Source of the DNA: Guillardia theta CCMP2712
Lineage: Eukaryota > Protista > Cryptophyta
Length of the DNA: 64,000 bases
Direction of reading: 5' to 3'
Assembly: GCF_000315625.1 (NCBI RefSeq)
Contig: NW_005434647.1
Location: 522,544-586,543, forward strand
Shown one piece after another: positions 48,248 through 64,000 of the stretch (position 1 is its first letter; the number at the start of each line of letters is the position of its first letter). The notes beneath the pieces were generated by a model. That model saw only the letters and a program-made list of their open reading frames with translations. It was not told the DNA's origin and made no database searches. The translations under genes and the position numbers were made by a program.

Positions 48248-51200
48248 CTAGTTGCCTCCGGCGAATCGCCCGCCAGCCTTCTGCCCGTTGATGGCGAGGA
48301 GGTCGACGTCGAAGACAAGCTAGAGTTGCGATCAGAGTGAGGAGGGAGTGGAGGGAGGGAAAGAGATGGTTGAGGGAGGGCGGGAGGCCCCGGAGGAAGG
48401 GCAGGAGATAGATAAGAGGGATGGGAGGAGGGGAAGAAGAGGAGGAGAAGGGAGGAGGAGAAGAGAGCATTACCTCAGCGTTGGGGGGGATGGGGCCCTG
48501 GCCAGTGGCGCCGTAACCGTACTCAGGGGAGATAACGAGCTGAGACTTCTCGCCGAGGGACATCTGAGGCCGGAGGTGAGGGGAGGGAGAGACAAAAGAC
48601 GAGCGGGGAGAGGGAGGAGGAGGAGGAGAACGAACAACAGGGGGAGGGGAGGGAGATCAAGGAAGGAAGGGTTGAGATGACAGGGAGAGGAGGAGGTTGA
48701 CCTGAAGGACTCCCTCATCCCACCCACGGATAACCTGAAAGAGCGAGCACAAGAGTCAGGCGTTCGGGAGGAAAAAGATGGAAGCAGAGGAGAGGAAGAA
48801 ATTAGAGAGGCGAAGAAAGCGAGGGAGGAGGAGCGGAGCACGGCAGGAGAATCTTTTCACCTGTCCGGTTCCCACTTGGAAGGTGAAGGGGGGACCGCGC
48901 TTGATGCTGGAATCGAACACCTGCTGGGGTTCAGCTAGGAATGGTGGGGCCTTCCTCCTTACCTGCTTGGTGGCCCTCAACTTGCCGACGTAGTGGACGG
49001 TGCAGACATCGCCGGGCTGGAGGAGGAGGTGAGAAAGAGAAGAGGAGGAGCAAGGAGGACAGAGGACGAACTGGTACGAGGATAGGAGGAGGTGCAGACT
49101 GAGGGGAGACACAGAGGGAGAGGGGAAATATTAGAGGAGCAGGGATGCAGGGAACATGTGGAGATGAAGGAGGGAGGAAGCAGCAAAGGAGGCGTGAACA
49201 ACACGAAGAGGATAGGAGGAGGAAGGGAGAACACCTGAGGGTAGTTGATACCGTCACCGCGGCGAATCTGAGTGACCTTGACGCCGCTGCCAGCGCAGTA
49301 AGGAAAGAGCAGAGCAGGAGAGAGGGAGGAGGAAGGGGGAGGTTGTCATGGTCAGAGAAAGCGCAAAGGAGGGAAGGAAGGCAGCGTTACGCACGAGACA
49401 GGAGCAGCAGCACGTGGCTGAGCGGCAGGTTTGGGGGGAGCCCTGGAGGGCACTGCGGACTTTCCGCCAGCAAGAGAATATCCCTACAGAGCATGCAAGA
49501 GTCAGGTACAAGCCGAAAATATGCTGTGCCAGTAGAGGATGAAGGAGGAGGGAGAACGAGAACACGACAGGTGGTAGAAGGAACGAGAAGAGGGAGGGGG
49601 GGGGGGGGAGCGAATGAGCAACGGGTAAGTAATGGAGGGGAGGAGAGAAGAGGAGAGGAAGCAATGATTGACCTTGATCTCGTCACGCTGGGACTTCATC
49701 ATGAGCTGACGAAGCTCCTTTTCGTCCACCTCAACCTGACAGGAGCTCTCACTTGAGGTTTGTGATAGGAGAAAGCCGATAACGAGGAAACTTGACAAGG
49801 ATCATGGAAAGCAACATCCCAGAAGGGCAAGGAGCAGGAAGTAAAGAGGAGGAGGAGCAGGACGAGGACGAGGACGAGCAGGAGGAGGAGAAGGAGGAGC
49901 AGGAGGAGGAGTTACTTCGTTGCTGGTGGCCTTGGCTGCTGGCTTGGCAGCAGGAGCGCTAGGAGCGCCAAACCCTCCAAATCCTCCAAAGAGGCCTGAA
50001 AATCAACTAAGGATCAGGACAGAGACAAGGAGGGTGGGGAGGAGGAAGTGCAGGAGGAGGAGGAGCGAAGAAAGGGCTGAGAGCGCGGAAGAGGCAGCGA
50101 AGTAGAGGCAGGAGACCTCCAAAGGGGTTGGCAGGCGCTGCTTTCTTGGCGGCCTGCTCGGCTTCGATCCTGTCACACTGTAAGCCAATAAGCGCGCATG
50201 GTCACTTCCAGTCCTCCACCTCGCTGCCTCTGCTGCTGCTGCCTCGGCGGCGGCGGCGGCGGCGGCGGCCTCAGCCTCGAGCCTTCTGGCCTCAGCCTGC
50301 ATGACAGTGAGGAAGAGAGATGGGTGGAGCCAAAGCGGGCGCAGAAGGAGGAAGAGAGGAGGAAAAGGAGGAAGGAGGGATAAAGATCAGAACCTCAAAA
50401 TCTTGCTGCTGAACATTCTTGGCGGGAGCTCCAAATCCACCGAAGAGACCAGCGAAGGGGCTACGCGCACTCCCGTCATGCATGCTCGTCATCACAACTC
50501 TCTCTCACTTGGCAGGAGCAGCAGGAGCCGCTCGTGGTGGAGCTGCAGCCTTGGGAGGGGAAGGAGGGGCAGGAGGGGCAGCGGCAGCCTTAGGAACAGC
50601 AGCCCTTGGCACAGCACGAGGGGCAGCCTGACCGGCGATTAGAACGCAAAATCCTTGCACTTTGTGATCTTGCCTTGGGTACAGGGGCAGGAGGAGGAGT
50701 AGGAGGAGGCGCTACGTCTTCAGCCTCGAAGACCTAGAGGGCATCCAGTCATAACAAGCTCCTCCTCCACGTTGGCTGTCACCTCCTGTTTTGGCGCCTG
50801 CTGCGCTCCTCCGAACCTGCAAGTTGTCGTCAGCCCAACGCGTCTACTGCTGCTGGTCCCACAGGTTGCCGAAGGCGGCGAAGGGGTTGGCGGGGGCGGC
50901 GGGGGCGGCAGGTTTGGCCTTGGGGGGCCTTAGGATAAAGTCAGACGAGATGAGAGGGTAGGAAAGGAGAGGAGAGGGGGAGGAGAGGAGAGGGGCAGGA
51001 GAGGGGCAGGAGAATGAAACGATGGAGAAGAGATGGAAATAGAGGCGGAGGAGACGATTCGGCTCACATCTTTCCAGCAGCGCGCAGAAGCTCCTCGTAC
51101 TCCTCCTGACTGATCTCCTCATACTGCTGCATCTTCAAGGAGCAAACAGGCTTGGGGCTGGCCTGGACAGCAGGAGGAGGGTCATCGAATATGCTCATCA

Positions 51201-51429
51201 GCATCAAATTCTGACCCTCGAGAACGACGGAAGTGCATTCTGACGAACAGCCAGAGAGTTTGTGGGGGCATTTACATACGCCGACGCCGCGGGGATGGCG
51301 CAAAGGACTGCGGACGAAAACAACTGCAGGGTGTTCAGCTCAAACCTACCACAGATCGTTTCTAGTGTGAAGAACAGAAAGGTGTTGGTAAGATAGGTGC
51401 AAGCTGACCAGCAGGGATTTCATCCTCAT
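48248..51429 (-). CDS. Plastid-targeted FKBP-type peptidyl-prolyl isomerase with long Ala/Pro-rich repeat arm, many exons
   Basis: MRMKSLL|LFSSAVLCAIPAASA-YVNAP...SFSR|ASPKPVCSLKM is a bipartite presequence. FKBP exons are GVKVTQIRRGDG, PGDVCTVHYVGKL, VFDSS..RG.PFTFQVG.GQ, VIRGWDEGV, MSLGEK..L.ISPEYGYG..G..PIPPNAE and LVFDVDLL. Confidence 0.9.
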
Positions 51430-52376
51430 TTCACACGAGGAGGAAAGGGAGTGTACAACGGATTCAAGGAAATTTGGGAAAGAGAGCAGGAGAACTGAGG
51501 AAAAGACACAACATGCTTTCGTCAATACAATTATTGTCCTTTTGGTGCATTGCGATCTCTTCCTCCTCCCTCCCCCCCTCCTCCTCTTCCTCTTCTTACC
51601 GCTACTTTCGCCATTAGAAAGGCGTCACGCTCAAAGCGGCCACCCCACCCCACCCTCATACTGAACAGACACCACCCTCTCTCTCGTTTTTCGATCTCCA
51701 CCTACAATTAGGACCAACTGCACACTGACTACCCTGAATTGCTTTACACCACCCCTTAATTCACTACATATTACCCCACCCTATGTTATCTCACCAGCTC
51801 CAGGTGTTGCCTGCACCCCTTGGTCTCCAGCCCCCACCTACCCTTTCTCACCCCCTACCCCAGCAATAAATTACAACTGCCTCCTTACGACTACCCCCTT
51901 TTGGAATTGAGGACCCTTGAAACTACCCCACCCTTCTGTAAACTTCACCCCCTGACCCACTACCCCCCTGTTTAGCCCTCAACAGCTCGCCTCCTTTATA
52001 TGACTCACCCCACCCCAAGGTCCACCCCAGTCTCCTCATGAGAGCTACGCCGCCGCCCTGGCCCGGGCCGCCGGTCGGCCGGGCCCTCTCACTGCAGCCC
52101 CGGGGCCGGCCTCTTGAGTGAGGCCGGTGGTCCGGGGGCCTGATCAGACCGTGCGGTCAAATTTTTGACTTTGGTCAAAACAGAGGTCAAATTTGACCCC
52201 AGTCAGTGTTCAAACTGCTTGTTTGTACGGGGGCACGTGCATTCAGTACTGTTTAAATTACTTTTAAGAATATAATATTTTGAAGAACGTGATCAACCCC
52301 CATTTAAGTGTCACCACCCCTGGATCCTAAAATCCTGAGGGGATGGTACTCCTTCAATATGTGAGACACCCCCTCA

Positions 52377-52880
<504 letters not shown>

Positions 52881-52972
52881 TTAGAATACTGCTGCATTTC
52901 AAGTTCATGGAACGATCTAATACGTTGCTCAGTCGTTGCGTATCAACACCTCGAGTTTTCTTCATATCCATC

Positions 52973-54101
52973 ATGGGCAAGGTACTAATCGTGTTGTTCT
53001 TCCTTGTGTATCATGACCCAGTGTTCCAGGAAGACTTCGGCAACATCTACGTGGAAAACTCACCGCAGGCATACGTACAGCGGCTCGTCCCTGTTGATTA
53101 CGGGCATTACCATGACCGGTACTGTGAAATGATCAACGAGGAGCTTGAGAAGTTCGCTCCCAAGGACAGAGGAATGTCCGCAGTCGAGCTCGGGTCCTCT
53201 TACGGCAACACAACCCTTGCCTACAAGTTCGGGCTGAACTGGGAGAAGGCGGTGGAATCTTGGATGCACGACGATCAGCCTCTGAAAAAGAAGTGGGACT
53301 TCAACGTTGTTGCTGTGGACATCTCGGAGCAAGCTCTCTGTACCTCCCTGCTCGCGCCTGTTCTGTCGTGCTCACATGTGCGCAGCGTACGGGAGTCGCC
53401 GCGGCATCTTCGACTCCAGCATCGTCCACGATTTCTCCAACCCCCCGTCGCACGAGCTCGCCATGGCGATTGAGAACGCTGACTTCATGACGAGCATAAT
53501 GACGCTCTTCTACATCCCGACGGAGAGATGGCTGGAGGCCTGCTACAAGTTCATCGCGAACAGTGAGTTTCGCCCCCCTCATCGTCACCGCCTCTCCCTT
53601 TTCTTGCGAGAGACAGAGAGCAAGAGAGAGAAAGGGAGCGAGGGAGCAGGGGGAGGGAGAGGGGGAGGTGCGGGCGTGAGGGGCTGTGTGGTGACGTCGG
53701 GGGGTCCGGGAGCCTGGTTGAAGGAGATCACCTATGACGTCGCTGCTGCAGGAAGCAAGCCGAAGCTGCTGGTCTATAATGTCATGATGGCGTTTGACAA
53801 CCGAAACCTGACGCCTGAGCTGCTGTTTGCTGGAGTCAAGGTGAAAGCCCTGTCATTGCTCTTGCTGCTCTTGCTCGCTGTTGTTGCTCTGCTGTGTTGT
53901 TTCTATTCCTTCTCTTTCTCCCCTTCATCCTTCTCCTCATTCTTCTCATCCTTAGTTTCTTCCTCCTCCTCCTCCTTGTCGTCGTCAGTTTGTTCCTCCT
54001 CCACCACCACCACCACCACCTCCTCCTCCTCCTCCTCCTCCTCTGCTCATGCCTTTTCCTCATGTTGCTTCTTTTTAGGGCTGGACCTGCCGCTCGAGCT
54101 T
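52973..54101 (+). CDS. Class I SAM-dependent methyltransferase-like protein, truncated by the assembly gap
   Basis: MGK|EDFGNIYVENSPQAYVQRLVPVDY...AVELGSSYG (motif I)...VVAVDISEQAL|AYGSRRG (motif II)...HDF. The last visible exon GWTCRSS runs into Ns. Confidence 0.75.
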
Positions 54102-54201
54102 NNNNNNNNNNNNNNNNNNNNNNNNNNNNNNNNNNNNNNNNNNNNNNNNNNNNNNNNNNNNNNNNNNNNNNNNNNNNNNNNNNNNNNNNNNNNNNNNNNN
54201 N
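54102..54201. other. Assembly gap (100 N)
   Basis: Run of N. Adjacency across it is not guaranteed. Confidence 1.
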
Positions 54202-54213
54202 GATAGAAAAATC

Positions 54214-60973
<6,760 letters not shown>

Positions 60974-61742
60974 GCCTTCAAGATCGTCAGCGACAGAGCT
61001 CGGCCAATCAAAAAAAAAGAGCTTCGCTGTGATAACGCAACGATCTTACTAGAGCACCAGCTAAGGAATCCCTCTCTTCTCTCCTACTGCCACTATCATA
61101 TCCCTCACTGGTTTATCTCACATCCCCCGTTTGATGTTCCCGTCTCCTTCTCTCCAAGACATCTACATCCTTGTCCTCCTCCTCCTCCTCCTCCTCCTCC
61201 TCCTCCTCCTCCTCCTCCTCCTCCTTCCCCCCCCTCCCATCGTGAATTCTTTATACCTCCCCCCAGACCTCCCCCCAGACCTCCCGCAATGACCCAGATG
61301 GTCAGTGCGGGGAGGAGGGCACATTTTTGGCATTTCAAACTTGTGAATGCTTTTTAGATGAGAGAGGGAGGGGGCGGGGTGCGAGAAAGAGACAGAGCAG
61401 GAGCAAGTGGGAAGCGAAGGGGGGGGGGGATAACAGGGGAGAAGAGATGAGGAAGAAGGTGTGAAGACTCTAGGCAAAGAGCATTGAAATCTACTCTGCC
61501 CGAGACTCGAATGTTTGTTCGTGTTGAGAATTTCAGTTCTTGTTGACAGTGGAAGATTTTCTTCCGGTGAAGAGAGAAGGTTTATGACGATATGAAAGGG
61601 AGTGCTAACTTCAGCATGAAATTTCTTGTAATGGCGCGAAATATTGGCGCGCAATTTCAAAATTATCGGAAGAGAATCTCACTGTTGATGTGCTAGAAGC
61701 CTTTCAAAGCACTCTCCATGGACAACATATGAGGCTGATTTG

Positions 61743-62434
61743 ATGAGCAGGAGGAGACAACATGCGAAATGCAACGATGTCCAAGGAGGTAACGTGGGTT
61801 TTGAGCTCATCCGATACCTCGGAGAGAACTGAAGGATGGAAAATTCAGCGACCCTTGGTGATTGCAGCAGGGGTTGCAGTAGCTGCATTCTTCCTCTGGC
61901 CGACTGTTTCTCCGTACCTCTATTCCTTAAGTAGTGCGCCTTCCAACAAGAAACGAAGAAACGAGGGGGGCGCCAAGAGTGCGCAGGGTGAGTACGACAT
62001 CAAAGTACTCCTGAAACTCGACTCCCTCGAAGCCGGCAATGTGAGTCTCGGGCATCGACGAAGGTTCTGTCACTCACATGTGCTGCCTCAGGGCTGTGAG
62101 AAGCAGGTCTCCTTCAACGCCACCGTAGGATCCGAGCTTGTCCAGCGAACAGCAACTCTAAACATCCCAGCAGGGGTAATTGATGGGTATGAAATTCCAC
62201 CTGAACCTGTCAAGTTGGACTGCGAAACTAAGAGATTCTGGCAGGCACGTCATCACGCTGAAAGGATGGGGAGGCTGCCACAAGCAGGGAGGAAACTGTG
62301 GCGACCTGTTGATTGAAATCTTGGTAGAGGGCGATGACGATTATGAGAAAGTATGATTCAATTATCTTAATAAGTTTTAGATTAGTGCGTTAGATTCACT
62401 TGAAAATTCACGCAATTTTCCACAGACAGCGTAG
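61743..62434 (+). CDS. Small membrane-anchored protein with a DnaJ C-terminal (peptide-binding) subdomain and no J domain
   Basis: MSRRRQHAK...G|WKIQRPLVIAAGVAVAAFFLWP (TM)...DIKVLLKLDSLEAGN|GCEKQVSF...TLNIPAGVIDG|HVITLKGWG...GDLLIEILVE...K|TA*. Confidence 0.65.
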
Positions 62435-62451
62435 AGTGGCACGATGTTACT

Positions 62452-63761
62452 TCAGACAATCTTGGTTTTGCTGCAATGTCCACGTCACGCCCTACAGTTC
62501 CACAACTTGATCAACCACCTTCTTGTCTTCCTGGGACTGACAGACTTCTTCTTCGACTTGGACGTCTCGCTGGAACTTGAGGCCAACGACTGCTGGAAAA
62601 GTCAAGAAGCCTCGGCTACGGCATGGAATGATACCTGTCGTGATCGGGAAACGCTTCGCCGTGTGTTGGAGGGGGTGTTCTCCTTCTGGTCGGAAGCAGA
62701 CTGTGGGAAGGTATTAGGAATGCACAATTTTTTCTAGCAGAATCTCACCTCCTGCCCCCGCGACGTGCTGCGTCCTCGGGATTTCTTCTCTGACTCAGGC
62801 TCCTACGGAATGGGAGCGATAAGAAAGGGTAGAACTTTAGTCTATTCGAACTTTACCTTCTTGACGTCAGCGCTCTTGGATTTGGAGGCAGGGCTCTATA
62901 AAAACACTTTGAGCAGGATCATGCAAAGTCCAAGTCATTGCCTTGAGGGAAGGCTCCTGCTCGTCATCTGTGCTGCTCCTTGACTTCCTTGAGGCAGTAG
63001 AAACTCTGCTCTTCCTGGCTCTGTTCACGTCCTCCGTCACCTTGCGGTCAGAAAGACTAAACTTCTCACTTCTCCGCCTTCGGCTTTGTTGGCGTCACCT
63101 GTGCCGGCATAGCCTCGAACTGATCCACGAGCTCCTGATGTTTCGAGCAGCACAGTTAGAAAGAAACAGGTCAAACCTCTTCCAATCTTACCTGGTCCAA
63201 CTTTTCTGACAGGACCCAGGTATTCTCAGTGTGAGGATATCCCTTCATCAACTATCAGAGCTTGAACAACTTGATTAATCATCCATCATGCCTTCCACTT
63301 CACGAGGTAGAGCACTCTTCCATTCATGACATCTTTCTTCATGATGCCCTCGACCACGTACTTGAGAAAGGGTTAGGTGAGGCAAAGAGTTGAGCAACTC
63401 AGCTCTCTTGAGCTGCAGACCACCTGCTCTGTTTTAGGTGCAATGAATTCAGATTCGCGATATCGAGCCGGAATCCTGGTAACTCGTTTTGTGTGTGCAG
63501 GGAGGATGTTGTCGTGCTTCACTGCAAAGATTCTCACGACAACAACTGCATATCAATCATTTGTGTTACCTTCGGACAGTGCGTTTGCCGAGGACTTGGA
63601 CGATTGTTTTTCGTTGCCATCATCTTGAAGGTACAGGAAGAGACAAAAATGGAGTAATACGAAAGTAGGAATGGCAAAGGTGGCAGGAATTGAACGAAGA
63701 ACGCCCATGTGCTAAGTAAAATGGCAAGAAATGTGGCGCTCAGTGTGAGGAGGCTCGTCAT
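62452..63761 (-). CDS. Chromodomain protein with Lys/Ser/Arg-rich tail, multi-exon
   Basis: EQ|YVVEGIMKKDVMNGRVLYLVKWK|GYPHTENTWVLSEKLDQ|ELVDQFE, with aromatic-cage residues Y/W/Y present. The start codon is uncertain. Confidence 0.8.
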
Positions 63762-64000
63762 TGTGGGAAAGGACAGAGGGGTTGAGGAGAAGGGAGGAGG
63801 CGACGTGAGAGGCTCAGCTTGTCCTGCTCGACAACTCCGCGGACAGGAGGGCGAGGGGAGCACAGGAGGCCCAACGGACCAAAAATCAAAACGGCGTGTG
63901 AATTCAAAAAAAACTGACTACTGCCCGCCGGGCCGACTCTTGGCAGAGTACAGTGATCGGACCGTCGCCGGCGCCGGGGGGCCCGGGGGGGGGGGGGGGG

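Noticed and set aside
49960-50460. GLFG repeats as a nucleoporin, or NPF as EH-domain ligands
   Set aside because: There are only three repeats, in a protein with a plastid presequence and an FKBP domain, so the compartment is incompatible.

Overview
Eukaryotic nuclear DNA that is gene-dense and intron-rich. Most introns are short (about 45-60 nt, GT-AG, with a few GC-AG), and others are expanded by microsatellites. A cryptophyte alga of the Guillardia/Hanusia type is inferred, not proven, from a bipartite ASA-Y plastid presequence, an RWP-RK gene, an articulin-like gene and an ankyrin relic. Splicing exons by eye gives about 20 genes: HAS1/DDX18 helicase, an articulin/epiplastin-like protein, a membrane collagen with a Cys-rich tail, an acylated 6xFN3 TKL kinase, a secreted Cys/Pro protein, a giant acidic protein ending in a HAD domain, a conserved hypothetical protein, an SRA1/Sec31-C plus Trx-like-TM-SAM locus, RWP-RK and MYB-SHAQKYF transcription factors, a SET-domain methyltransferase, a BRCT X-family DNA polymerase, an ankyrin pseudogene, an intronless DUF2828/vWA gene, a plastid-targeted FKBP, a SAM methyltransferase, 5-oxoprolinase, a J-less DnaJ_C protein and a chromodomain protein. 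There is a 100-N gap at 54102-54201. Three things stand out. (1) Genes often form tail-to-tail pairs, while upstream spacers hold recurring blocks of ACCCC/GGGGT-skewed flanks around cores of short palindromes and micro-duplications, and the same insertion process is visible in a dispersed repeat and in a decaying gene. (2) The plastid FKBP has a sticker-and-spacer arm with three PANPFxxxFGG-type repeats. (3) The collagen ends in CxxxC-x5-CxC. Exon boundaries are manual and approximate, and no database searches were run.
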